NCBI GenBank assembly: GCA_963719515.1
Contig: CAVRCJ010000003.1
Span: 766,470-830,469 of the forward strand
Source of the DNA: an uncultured cyanobacterium
GTDB lineage: Bacteria; Cyanobacteriota; Cyanobacteriia; CAKZMO01
Direction: 5' to 3'
DNA: 64,000 nt
A program made the translations under genes and the position numbers. The notes below the pieces were generated by a model. That model saw only the letters and a program-made list of their open reading frames with translations. It was not told the origin of the DNA and did no database searches. The number at the start of each line of letters is the position of its first letter. Positions within the stretch are counted from its first letter, which is position 1. Of the stretch, positions 50,510-60,311 are shown one piece after another.

Positions 50510-51866
50510 AAGTCGCCGTAAAACCCATCTGCTTTAGGGGTGGGATATAAGGCGGTGAGCGTTAGCGAATATGTCCACACTTTACACGGCGAGTCTTAGA
50601 CTGTAAGTATGGTTCAAAGGGCTTACCGCTATCGCTTCTATCCTACTGCTGAGCAAGAAAACCTCTTGCGCCGGACGATGGGGTGTACTCGCCTGGTCTA
50701 CAACCGCGCTTTGGCGGCAAGGACTGAGGCTTGGTACCAGAAGCAAGAGCGCGTCGGCTACGCTCAGACCTCGTCGATGCTGACCCAGTGGAAAAAAGAG
50801 GAGGGCCTCGAATTTCTTACTGAGGTTAGCTCGGTTCCCCTTCAGCAGGGGCTGAGACATCTGCAGACCGCCTTCACTAACTTCTTTGCAGGTCGGGCCA
50901 ACTATCCCAGCTTCAAAAAGAAGCGCAACGGCGGTAGCGCGGAGTTTACCAAGGCGGCGTTCAAGTTTAGGGGCGTTCAAGTCTACTTGGCTAAGTGCTC
51001 TAAATCTCTGCCTATTCGATGGTCTAGGGCGCTTCCGAAAGATGCCGCACCATCGACTATCACGGTGAAGCTGACGCCTGCAGGCCGGTGGTTTGTGTCG
51101 CTGTTGGTGGAGGTGGATATTGAGCCACTGCCGGTATCTCCTAACAAAGTTGGCCTGGACATGGGCATCACCAGTCTGGTCACGCTGAGCACAGGCGAGA
51201 AGATTACCAACCCCAAAGGCTTCAGGGCTAAGTACCGCAAGCTACGAAAAGCTCAAAAGGCTCTCAGCCGCAAGCAAAAGGGCTCGAACAACCGATACAA
51301 AGCGCGGCTCAGGGTGGCTAGGGTCCACGCTGAGATAGCCAATGCCCGCAAAGACCTGCTTCCCTTCGGGACGCTTCGCGAACACAAGCTGACAACCCGG
51401 CTGGTGCGCGAAAACCAAGCGATCGCCGTCGAAGACTTGGCAGTGGGGAACATGGTCCGTAATCACTCTTTGGCGCGCGCTATCAGTGATGCAAGCTGGG
51501 GGGAGCTGGTGCGGCAGCTTACCTACAAGTGCGAATGGTACGGGCGGAAGCTTGTCAAGATTGACCGATGGTTCCCTAGCTCTAAGCGCTGTGGCAGCTG
51601 CGGCCATGTCGTAGATAAGCTGCCGTTGAATGTTCGAGAGTGGCAGTGCCCTGAGTGCGACGTGAAGCACGATAGAGACGTAAACGCTGCTGTAAACGTA
51701 TTGGCCGCTGGTCTAACGGTGTCAGTCTGTGGAGCGACCGTAAGACCCGTTGGCGAAGCCTGCGCTTCGCGCATAGAGAGCAAATCTCGGAAGGCAGGTG
51801 CTACGAAGCAGAAAAGTCTTGGAGCAATCCAAGAATCCCACGCGCTTTAGCCGTGGGAGTAGTCAA
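50510..51866 (+). mobile_element. IS200/IS605-family (IS1341-type, tnpB only) element
   Basis: Left hairpin CGCCGTAAAACCCATCTGCTTTAGGGGTGGGATATAAGGCG; right hairpin TCCCACG..CGTGGGA ending GTCAA; left boundary approximate. Confidence 0.85.
50609..51850 (+). CDS. tnpB: RNA-guided endonuclease TnpB
   Basis: AYRYRFYPT HTH, RuvC GLDMG / VEDL / DRDVNAA, zinc finger CGSC..CPEC. Confidence 0.96.
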   Translation: MVQRAYRYRFYPTAEQENLLRRTMGCTRLVYNRALAARTEAWYQKQERVGYAQTSSMLTQWKKEEGLEFLTEVSSVPLQQGLRHLQTAFTNFFAGRANYPSFKKKRNGGSAEFTKAAFKFRGVQVYLAKCSKSLPIRWSRALPKDAAPSTITVKLTPAGRWFVSLLVEVDIEPLPVSPNKVGLDMGITSLVTLSTGEKITNPKGFRAKYRKLRKAQKALSRKQKGSNNRYKARLRVARVHAEIANARKDLLPFGTLREHKLTTRLVRENQAIAVEDLAVGNMVRNHSLARAISDASWGELVRQLTYKCEWYGRKLVKIDRWFPSSKRCGSCGHVVDKLPLNVREWQCPECDVKHDRDVNAAVNVLAAGLTVSVCGATVRPVGEACASRIESKSRKAGATKQKSLGAIQESHAL

Positions 51867-51922
51867 CTAGCCACGCTTTCACGAGACGCTAGAATAACAG
51901 CGGCGTAGTAGGGGAAATCACA

Positions 51923-52348
51923 ATGGGACAGCGAGAGCGACTAGTACTGATGGCAGAAGACGAGCTAGTCAACTACAGCACCGACGCCCTAAAAATGGAG
52001 CGACTGCGCCGCAAAATCGGCCTGTCGGTCCCTGTAGCAGAGCAAAAGCAGGTCAAAGAAGAGCTGCAAACGGAAATGGACTCAGGATCTTTCGTCCAAG
52101 ACATTGTAGAAAATCAGCGCCAGCTCGCCGCTCTGCCGTTCTGGGGCATCGCCGGGCTAGGCCTGCTGTTCGGCATCTCCTTCCGCCAGCCCCTCGACTT
52201 CCTCGCCCCCGCGATCGCCTTCCCCTTGGCCTTCAACATTCAGAAGTGGGGCTGGCGGCTAGAGGCCAAGCGCCTGCTGATTCGCACCCTAGAAGACATT
52301 GAGCAGCGGATGCAGTCTCCCCAGGAAGAGTCCTCGGAAACTGCGTAG
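51923..52348 (+). CDS. Hypothetical membrane protein
   Basis: 141 aa ORF, RBS GGGGA, two hydrophobic segments. Confidence 0.75.
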   Translation: MGQRERLVLMAEDELVNYSTDALKMERLRRKIGLSVPVAEQKQVKEELQTEMDSGSFVQDIVENQRQLAALPFWGIAGLGLLFGISFRQPLDFLAPAIAFPLAFNIQKWGWRLEAKRLLIRTLEDIEQRMQSPQEESSETA

Positions 52349-52427
52349 AGAAACCTATCACCCGGTAGACGTCAACCAGGCGTCAAGTAGCGTCTGATGA
52401 AGAACCAAAGATAACGCCGAATCGACT

Positions 52428-53591
52428 ATGTCTGACGTACGCGATGCAGAAACCCCTGTGATACACCGCGGTCTCCAAGATATTCTGATTGACAAGACCT
52501 ATATCTCCGACCTCAGGACCGACGACTTCGGGCTACTTTACCGGGGCTACCCCATCGCCGCCGTGCTAGAAACCCTGACCTACGAGTCGGTGGTCTACCT
52601 GCTGCTACAGGGATCTCCCCCCGACGCGTCTGCGGCTCAGGCCTTTCGCGATTGCCTCGCCGCTCACCGCGAGCTGCCCGCCTTCGCCATTGCCATGATC
52701 GAGCAGCTTCAGGGCGCCTCCCCGCTGGTTGCCCTACGCACCGTGGTTTCTGCCCTAGCGGCAGCCGACAGCCCCGCTAGTCCCGCAGAAAACGCTACCG
52801 AAGCCTTCATCGACCAAACCGCCCGCCTCCTGGCCCAGTCGGCCACCGCGATCGCCATCCACCACGCCGCCCGTCAGGGGCGATCGCTACCCGACTACGA
52901 CCCAGCATTGGGCCACGCCGCCAACTTCCTTTACCAAATCGCGGGGCAGCGCCCGACGGACGAAGAGGCCCTAATTATGGACCAGTGCTTCATTCTGCTG
53001 GCGGAGCACGGTTCCAACGCCTCCACCTTTGCGGGGCGAGTGGCCGCTAGCACTGGGGCAGACCTGCATGCCTCGATGACGGCGGCCCTCGGCACCCTAG
53101 GGGGCAGCCTCCACGGTGGGGCGATGGGGGAGGTGATCGACATGCTGAATGCGATTGACTACGACCAAGACGTGCTTACCCAGCTAAAGGCGCGGCGCAA
53201 GCAGCAAAAGCGCATCAGCGGCTTTGGTCACCGGATCTACAAGACCATAGATCCTAGGGCCCCGTTTTTGAGGGTTCATGCCCGCGCCCTGAGCTTGTCG
53301 AAAGGCAGCGACCTGTTTGACAAAGCAGAGGCAGTAGAAGCCGCCATGGCTCCCTATCGACGGCGCGGCGTCAACGTCAACGTCGACTTTTACCTCAGCA
53401 TCATCTACCACCTGCTGGGCATTCCGGTAGATATGATTACGCTGACGGCGGGGCTGAGCCGCATGGTAGGCTGGGCGGCCCACATCCTAGAGCAGACCCA
53501 GAACAACGTGTTAATTCGTCCGTCTATGCTGTACGCCGGGGAGATTATGCAAGCGCCGTCGCCGCTGCCCGAGTCGGCGGCACTGCATTAA
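52428..53591 (+). CDS. Citrate/2-methylcitrate synthase family protein
   Basis: LLYRGY, AEHGSNASTF, LHGGA, GFGHRIYK..DPR, NVDFY. Confidence 0.92.
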   Translation: MSDVRDAETPVIHRGLQDILIDKTYISDLRTDDFGLLYRGYPIAAVLETLTYESVVYLLLQGSPPDASAAQAFRDCLAAHRELPAFAIAMIEQLQGASPLVALRTVVSALAAADSPASPAENATEAFIDQTARLLAQSATAIAIHHAARQGRSLPDYDPALGHAANFLYQIAGQRPTDEEALIMDQCFILLAEHGSNASTFAGRVAASTGADLHASMTAALGTLGGSLHGGAMGEVIDMLNAIDYDQDVLTQLKARRKQQKRISGFGHRIYKTIDPRAPFLRVHARALSLSKGSDLFDKAEAVEAAMAPYRRRGVNVNVDFYLSIIYHLLGIPVDMITLTAGLSRMVGWAAHILEQTQNNVLIRPSMLYAGEIMQAPSPLPESAALH

Positions 53592-53727
53592 GCGAGCGGC
53601 GACACTGGCACACCCAAACAGAGGGGGCGCTCAGTGGCCCCCTCATTCCGCAGCCCCTTGCAGAATCTATCTTCGGGGTTTAGGTTGAGGTGTAGCCTCG
53701 AGGCCAAGACAGAAACTGAGAATTACT

Positions 53728-54147
53728 ATGATAGAACCTGGAAAAACCGTGAAAGTACATTACAAAGGGATTCTAAACGACGGAGAGGTGTTTGACTCTT
53801 CTGAGGGAAGAGAGCCCCTGGAATTTCAGGTTGGCTCTGGTCAGGTGATTCCGGGGTTTGATGCCGCCATCCAGCAGATGGATACCGGAGCCACCAAGAC
53901 GGTCACCATCCCGAGCGCCGAGGCCTACGGTGATGTGCGTCCTGAGATGGTGGCGACGGTGCCCCACGCCCAGTTTCCAGAGGGCATGAATCCCGAGGTC
54001 GGTCAGACCCTACAGCTGCAGACGCCCCAGGGTGCCCTGCCGGTGCAGGTGGTTAACGTTCAAGAGGAGGGGGTCACCATTGACGGCAACCACCCCCTCG
54101 CGGGTGAGGATTTGACCTTTGAGCTGACGGTGGTGGAGGTCGCTTAG
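53728..54147 (+). CDS. FKBP-type peptidyl-prolyl isomerase (SlyD-like)
   Basis: VHYKG, FDSS, QVIPGF, AYG, DGNHPLAGEDLTF. Confidence 0.93.
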   Translation: MIEPGKTVKVHYKGILNDGEVFDSSEGREPLEFQVGSGQVIPGFDAAIQQMDTGATKTVTIPSAEAYGDVRPEMVATVPHAQFPEGMNPEVGQTLQLQTPQGALPVQVVNVQEEGVTIDGNHPLAGEDLTFELTVVEVA

Positions 54148-54464
54148 CGGCACTGGAGTTTAAGCTCTTATGGCAGTGCGTGGTGAGGCCCTCGGAACCC
54201 GTTGCCTCACCGCTCTCACCCTTATGCGATCGCGCTTTGTCAAGAGTGCGTAAATTTCAGCACAATTACGGGATAGGATAAGGCCACCGCCGTCTACTGT
54301 AGAAGCAGACAGCGATGGCCGCTGCACTTACTGTCCTTAAAGCTGTTGACGAAATCGATGGTTTTTATGACTATAGTAGTGCGGATAGTTTCAGGCTTAC
54401 GGTGTAGCCCTTTTATATAGATCAAGCCCAGTCGCTCCAAATTAAATCGACATCACCTGCATCT

Positions 54465-55076
54465 ATGACACCATCCCCCGTCACGCCTGATTACGATGCG
54501 TCTGGCAGCTTGCCTGACTACTCTGGCAGCTTGCCTGACTACAACGAGGCAGATTTTTCTTGCTGTCCCACCGACATCGACTTACAGATGGTGGCAGCGC
54601 GCGATCGCCATCGTGTGCTGACGGCAAAAATTTTTGTTCCTGTTGAAGTAGAGCAAGTCTGGCAAACTCTGACGGACTACGAAGGCTTAGCGAGCTTTAT
54701 CCCCAACCTAGCGGAGAGCAACCGCATCCAGCACCCCAACGGCGGCATTCGCCTGGAGCAAATTGGCAGCCAAAGCATGCTCCGGTTCAAGTTTTGCGCC
54801 CGCGTCGTGCTAGACATGGTCGAGAATTTCCCCAGCCAGCTGCACTTCGAGATGGTGGAGGGCGACTTTAGAACGTTTAAGGGATGTTGGCAGCTAGAGC
54901 CCGCTACAGACGCCGCAACGAACCAGAGTGGGACACAGCTCACCTATCACCTGACGGTGTGCCCTAGCCGCATCATCCCGGTGCGGCTAATCGAGCAGCG
55001 GCTGGGCAACAACCTGTGTGAGAACCTGATGGCCATCCGAGATCGGGCGATCAAGCCTCAGCTTTCACCCACGTAG
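54465..55076 (+). CDS. SRPBCC/polyketide cyclase family protein
   Basis: VWQTLTDYEGLASFIPNL, FEMVEGDFRTFKGCWQL; 21 bp duplication at 54501-54542. Confidence 0.9.
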   Translation: MTPSPVTPDYDASGSLPDYSGSLPDYNEADFSCCPTDIDLQMVAARDRHRVLTAKIFVPVEVEQVWQTLTDYEGLASFIPNLAESNRIQHPNGGIRLEQIGSQSMLRFKFCARVVLDMVENFPSQLHFEMVEGDFRTFKGCWQLEPATDAATNQSGTQLTYHLTVCPSRIIPVRLIEQRLGNNLCENLMAIRDRAIKPQLSPT

Positions 55077-55123
55077 CCGCGCAGGGTGCCGTTACCGAGA
55101 GCAGCGCACCCAATCGATACAGT

Positions 55124-56728
55124 CTACAGCCCCAAATCCACCGCCACCCGATGGGCGCAGGCGAATCCAGAAAACGCGACCGCGTTGAGGCCCTGCCCCG
55201 GAAACGTGCTGTCCCCCACGCAGTAGAGTCCCGGCACCGCCGTACGGTTGAAGGGCATCCCCAGCAGTCCCATGAGCTTGCGGCTGGGCACCGGGCCATA
55301 GGTCCCGTCGGCCCGGCCCAAAAATCGGCGGTGAGTGCGGGGCGTCCCCATCTCTTGATAGTCCAAGGCTTGCTCTAAACCCGGAAAAATCGCCTCAAGC
55401 CGCTCGATCAGCTGAGCGGCGATCGCCTCTTTCTTTTGCTCATATTCTGCAGAAGCCAGATTCCACCCGTCGATCCAGCAGGGGGTAAAGGCGTGGATGA
55501 TGTGGTACCCTGGCGGGGCCAAGTCAGGGTCCAGTAGGGTAGGAATAGAGACAAATAGGGTGCCGTAGGGCGACTCCATTTGGTCCCAGTTTTCGAGCAA
55601 AATGTGGTGGCACTCGGTGCCTTCCGGCAGCAGGTCGGCCTTAACGCCCAGATGCATGCTGAAAAAGCTGGGGGACTTTTGGTATCGCTGGTCCCACCGC
55701 TGCTCTTTCTTTGGCTTCAGCTCCGGCGGCAACAGCTTGCCAAAGGTGTCCCAACGGGTAGCGTTGGACACCACTCGCCGCGCCCGGTAGGTTTCCCCCG
55801 TAGCAAGCTGCACCCCCACGGCGCGCCCCTGCTCCATGACAATTTGGGTGACGCGGGCGCGGTAGTGAATTTTGCCCCCCGTCTTCTCTAGCCCCTCCGC
55901 TAGCTTTTCGGCAATTTGGCCCACACCGCCCTTGGGGTAGTTGATGCCGCCGTAGTGGCGATCGCTGAACACCATCCCCGCGTTGATCATTGGGGTTTGT
56001 TCGGCGGGCACTACAGACCAGCAGTAGCACTCCATGTCGATAAACTTCAGCAGCTCCGGATCGTGAATGTAGCGCCGCGCTACGTCTCCCGCATTTTGTG
56101 GCAGGTACTTCACTAAGCCCAGGCAGGCCAAAGGACTCTGAAAGAAGACCCGCGTGAGGTAGCGAGGCTCTTCTAAAGACAGCAGCTCCATGACGTTGAG
56201 GCAGTTGAACACCGACCAGCACTCGTCGTAAAACTGGCGGATGCCCTTAGCTTCGTGGGGAAATTGGGCCGTGAGTTCGGCCAGAAATGCCTCGTAATCG
56301 CGGTGAACCTTAAGGGTCAGGTCGTCGGGCAGATGGTAGTGAATTTGTACCGGGTCAGGAATGGTCTCCACCGAGACGCCGACCGCGTCCAGTGCCCGAG
56401 TCAGCAGGTTAGTGGTGCCCTGGTCACCAAATCCAAAGATCATCGACGCGCCGACGTCGAACCGGTAGCCCTGCCGCTCGAAATAGCCGGCACTTCCCCC
56501 CGGGATCAAGTAGCGCTCTAATACCAGCACGCTGGCCCCCTTGGCGGCAAGCTGTGTCGCCGTCACGAGCCCCCCGATACCGGAGCCGATGACGATAACG
56601 TCAAACTCGGGTTGGGGTGAGGCGGCTGTGAATTGGGAGGAGCCCGATTGAGTAACTTGCTCTAAAGGGTGGTCTGCAGCCTGGGCTGCAGACTGAGGAG
56701 AGGAACGAGAAATTTGCTCTGACGGCAC
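55124..56728 (-). CDS. crtH: Carotenoid isomerase
   Basis: [45 protein letters not shown]; start uncertain. Confidence 0.95.
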   Translation of the reverse strand: MPSEQISRSSPQSAAQAADHPLEQVTQSGSSQFTAASPQPEFDVIVIGSGIGGLVTATQLAAKGASVLVLERYLIPGGSAGYFERQGYRFDVGASMIFGFGDQGTTNLLTRALDAVGVSVETIPDPVQIHYHLPDDLTLKVHRDYEAFLAELTAQFPHEAKGIRQFYDECWSVFNCLNVMELLSLEEPRYLTRVFFQSPLACLGLVKYLPQNAGDVARRYIHDPELLKFIDMECYCWSVVPAEQTPMINAGMVFSDRHYGGINYPKGGVGQIAEKLAEGLEKTGGKIHYRARVTQIVMEQGRAVGVQLATGETYRARRVVSNATRWDTFGKLLPPELKPKKEQRWDQRYQKSPSFFSMHLGVKADLLPEGTECHHILLENWDQMESPYGTLFVSIPTLLDPDLAPPGYHIIHAFTPCWIDGWNLASAEYEQKKEAIAAQLIERLEAIFPGLEQALDYQEMGTPRTHRRFLGRADGTYGPVPSRKLMGLLGMPFNRTAVPGLYCVGDSTFPGQGLNAVAFSGFACAHRVAVDLGL

Positions 56729-56920
56729 GACGCAATACTCGGTTAACGCTTCTGTACGCTTGGTCTTTAAGTCTACCTGACTAGGACGTTTCCTGGTCGG
56801 CTGGGGCTTGCTTCCTCTCGGGCTACAGCTGATGAAGATTAAATCGAAGTTCGACTAAGGGAGTATGATGATTCAGGCATCCAAAGCCTCTGCGTCATTA
56901 CCGTTCATCCGCTTATCGCC

Positions 56921-57571
56921 ATGGCCCCTCAACTGCGCGTCTATGTTCCTCCCCACCCGCTTATTAAGCATTGGCTGGGGGTCGCCCGCGATGGCGCTAC
57001 TCCCTCTGCCTTATTTCGCAGTGCGATGGTAGAGCTAGGGCGCTGGCTCACCTACGAGGCCATTCGCGACTGGCTCCCCACCATCACCACAGAAGTTCAG
57101 ACGCCCCTCACGACCTGCGAGGCCACCTTCATTAACCCAGAGGTGCCCGTCGCCGTCGTCCCCGTGCTTAGGGCCGGGCTTTCAATGATGGAAGGTATTC
57201 AGGCGCTGCTGCCGCTCTCCTCGATTTACCATTTGGGCCTAGTTCGAGATGAAGAGACCCTCCAACCCAGCTGCTACCTCAACAAGCTTCCTGAAGCGTT
57301 TAACCCGGAAGCACGAGTGCTGATCAGCGAGCCGATGCTGGCAACCGGGGGGTCAATTGTGACGGTAATGGAAGAGCTGACGCAGCGCGGCGTGGACCCG
57401 GCCCTCGTGCGAATCATTTCGGTTGTCACCGCTCCTCCGGCGCTACAGCAGCTGGGGGCTCGCTATCCGGCGGTGCGCATCTACGCGGCGGCGATTGACG
57501 AAACCTTAAACGATCAGGGCTTTATCGTCCCAGGCCTGGGAGATGCGGGCGATCGCACCTTTGGAACCTAG
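56921..57571 (+). CDS. upp: Uracil phosphoribosyltransferase
   Basis: HPLIKH, VPVLRAG, PMLATGGS, IVPGLGDAGDRTFGT. Confidence 0.97.
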   Translation: MAPQLRVYVPPHPLIKHWLGVARDGATPSALFRSAMVELGRWLTYEAIRDWLPTITTEVQTPLTTCEATFINPEVPVAVVPVLRAGLSMMEGIQALLPLSSIYHLGLVRDEETLQPSCYLNKLPEAFNPEARVLISEPMLATGGSIVTVMEELTQRGVDPALVRIISVVTAPPALQQLGARYPAVRIYAAAIDETLNDQGFIVPGLGDAGDRTFGT

Positions 57572-57763
57572 TCCCGCCGCTGACGGAAAACTGAAGCTGT
57601 TTCTAGAGTTGCGCTTAATAACTGTTCAAATTCAGCGGGGACGCAGCGCAATAAAGTTGATTCAGTCCAGAGATTGATGATATTTTCGGGCAATTCTAAA
57701 ATAGTAAGGGTCCGCAATCAATAGTTCGACTAGACAACAGTCCTATAGAGGGTAAATCGACAC

Positions 57764-58084
57764 ATGGGTCAGCAGCAGGATAACTTCATGGGTGGCTTTT
57801 TGCTTGGCACCATCGTCGGCGGAGTCTTGGGTGGCTTGACCGGGGTTTTGGCGTCATCTCGTATTGCCAATCGCGAGTCAGTCCAGGGCGGGCGAGCGGG
57901 CGAATCGGATTCATCGCGGACCATCAAGCACACCAGCGGCCGCAGCATCGAATCGACGCGGCGGAGCCTAGAAGATAAGATTGCTCAGCTGAACGAGGCG
58001 ATTGACGACGTCAGACAGCAGCTAAACAGCGTTGAGACCAGCAGCGACAACGGTGACCAGGCCATTATCAACGACGGCCTCTGA
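57764..58084 (+). CDS. Hypothetical protein (TM + coiled coil)
   Basis: FMGGFLLGTIVGG, RRSLEDKIAQLNEAIDDVRQQL. Confidence 0.8.
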   Translation: MGQQQDNFMGGFLLGTIVGGVLGGLTGVLASSRIANRESVQGGRAGESDSSRTIKHTSGRSIESTRRSLEDKIAQLNEAIDDVRQQLNSVETSSDNGDQAIINDGL

Positions 58085-58174
58085 GCGAGAGCCCGCCGTT
58101 TAGATTAGAATGCAGGATAGGCCAACGCCAACCGTAAGGATATATCACCGCTAAGATACCCGCTTTAAGACACT

Positions 58175-58465
58175 ATGGCTCTAGCTACTATCACCACTGC
58201 GATCGCGCAATTCTTGTTTTTCTACTCAGTCCTGCTGATTATTCGCATTTTGCTGAGCTGGTTCCCCAACATCGACTGGATGAGCCAGCCTTTTGCGGCG
58301 CTTAGCCAGCTCACCGATCCCTATCTCAACCTCTTCCGCTCATTTATTCCGTCGCTGGGCGGGATCGATTTCTCCCCGATCCTGGCGATTTTGGCGATTC
58401 AGTTTCTTCAGAACCTAATGGCAAGCGCCGCTGCATCGACCAGCTCCTTGATGATGCCCTACTAG
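58175..58465 (+). CDS. YggT/YlmG family membrane protein
   Basis: RILLSWFP, LTDPYLNLFR, GGIDFSPI. Confidence 0.95.
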   Translation: MALATITTAIAQFLFFYSVLLIIRILLSWFPNIDWMSQPFAALSQLTDPYLNLFRSFIPSLGGIDFSPILAILAIQFLQNLMASAAASTSSLMMPY

Positions 58466-58519
58466 CGTCGAGTCAAGCGCTGACGCTGCCAATTCCGAGC
58501 TAAGCGCCGACACGCTTAG

Positions 58520-58978
58520 TTAGTACCGCCGCACTCGCCCTGTGAACCCTGACGCTTTAAACTGCTCTAGCTTTAGCGGGGTGGGCTGGTTGGCAGCGAC
58601 GCTGATGCGAATAGAGAAATCGCTGACGCCCGGCGGCACTTCGTCAATAGCGCCCAAGCGGGTGCGGTTTTGGAATACGGGATTGTTGTTGGCGTCGTAG
58701 ATGCGGCCAAAGACGTCGGCGTTGAGGACCGGCTTGCCCGAGGTATTCTCTGCCTTACCTACCACGAGATAGCAGTCTGCTTCGGCGACGCTACCCGCAG
58801 CCACCATTCCGGTTGCAAGCTCTGCAGGGCAGTCAGTATAGTCGATGTCGAACAGCTTTACCTGGATTGAGGCGCTGGCGGTGGGCGATAGAAGCCAGCC
58901 CGTTACCCACAGGCAGAGGGTGAGGAGGCCGGTCAGTACGACGCGATGTAGCGAGGAGCGAGTCGTAGGCTCAAACAT
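58520..58978 (-). CDS. Exported conserved hypothetical protein
   Basis: Signal peptide, Cys pair, NADVFGRIYDANN. Confidence 0.8.
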   Translation of the reverse strand: MFEPTTRSSLHRVVLTGLLTLCLWVTGWLLSPTASASIQVKLFDIDYTDCPAELATGMVAAGSVAEADCYLVVGKAENTSGKPVLNADVFGRIYDANNNPVFQNRTRLGAIDEVPPGVSDFSIRISVAANQPTPLKLEQFKASGFTGRVRRY

Positions 58979-59143
58979 AGGTCAAATTCCATCGAGGTGG
59001 CAGCGCGGATGAGGATGGTATCCCCCATCAGCTTACCGCGCTGGCTCACCATCAGAGCGGGTAATCGCTACAATCTACAATGAGTTGGGTGGTCTATTGA
59101 GATGCGCTACCCCGGCGAACACCTGAAGCACGAGAACAACGCT

Positions 59144-60289
59144 ATGACATCTACGGCAACTCCCCAAAATAGCCAATCCGCAGCGATGGAGATTGAGAAG
59201 CACGGCCTACCGGTTACCATCATCACGGGATTCCTCGGTAGCGGCAAGACAACGTTGCTCAATCACATTTTGACGAACCAAGACGGCGTGAAGACGGCGG
59301 TTCTCGTCAACGAGTTTGGCGAAATTGGCATCGACAACGACCTGATTGTTGAGACGGGCGACGATAGCGGCATGGTTGAGCTGAGCAACGGCTGCATCTG
59401 CTGCACCATCAACAACGACCTCATGGAGGCCGTTCACCGGGTGCTAGAGCGTCAGGATAATGTCGACTACCTGGTGGTGGAAACCACGGGACTGGCGGAC
59501 CCGCTGCCGGTAGCGTTGACTTTTTTGGGCACTGAGCTGCGCGACATGACGCGCCTAGATTCTATCGTTACCGTCGTTGACGCCGAAAATTACAGCTTGG
59601 ATCTATTTAATAGCGAGGCGGCCCAGAATCAGGTGGCCTACGGCGATACGATTTTGCTCAACAAGACCGATTTGGTTGACGACGCGAGGCTAGAGTATTT
59701 GGAGTCGAGCCTCCGCAAGGTGAAGGCTGACGCTCGGATTCTGCGGACGAACCAATGCCAAGTGCCGCTGCCGCTAATTTTGAGCGTGGGTCTTTTTGAG
59801 TCGGAGCAGTACTTTAAGTCCGGTGAGCAGGACGACCACGCCGGTCACGACCACGCCGAGCATAACCACCACGACCACGCCGAGCATGACCACGCCGAGC
59901 ATGACCATCACGACCATGCTCATCACGATCACGACCACGACCACGACCATCACTCCCACCACCTAGAGAACGACGGCTTCACCTCGCTCTCGTTTCAAAG
60001 CGATAAGCCCTTCGCAATTCGTAAGTTCCAAAACTTTTTAGATAACCAAATCTCAGAAAACGTCTTTCGGGCTAAGGGTATTTTGTGGTTTGATGAGAGT
60101 CCCAAGCGACACATTTTCCACCTCAGCGGCAAGCGGTTTACTCTTGACGACGAGCAGTGGAAAGCGGAGCCCAAGCTGCAAATCGTTCTGATCGGCCAAG
60201 ATCTCGATCACGAGACGCTGCGATCGCAGCTAGAGGCCTGCGTCTGCGTTCCCTCAAAAAATCGCGGCATGGGGTTTGGCGGCAGGTAA
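59144..60289 (+). CDS. CobW/COG0523 metallochaperone GTPase with His-rich insert
   Basis: GFLGSGKTT, NEFGE, GCICC, ETTGLADP, NKTD; His/Asp repeat at ~59830-59960. Confidence 0.95.
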   Translation: MTSTATPQNSQSAAMEIEKHGLPVTIITGFLGSGKTTLLNHILTNQDGVKTAVLVNEFGEIGIDNDLIVETGDDSGMVELSNGCICCTINNDLMEAVHRVLERQDNVDYLVVETTGLADPLPVALTFLGTELRDMTRLDSIVTVVDAENYSLDLFNSEAAQNQVAYGDTILLNKTDLVDDARLEYLESSLRKVKADARILRTNQCQVPLPLILSVGLFESEQYFKSGEQDDHAGHDHAEHNHHDHAEHDHAEHDHHDHAHHDHDHDHDHHSHHLENDGFTSLSFQSDKPFAIRKFQNFLDNQISENVFRAKGILWFDESPKRHIFHLSGKRFTLDDEQWKAEPKLQIVLIGQDLDHETLRSQLEACVCVPSKNRGMGFGGR

Positions 60290-60311
60290 GAGCAATAGCA
60301 GGCTGTTTCCC

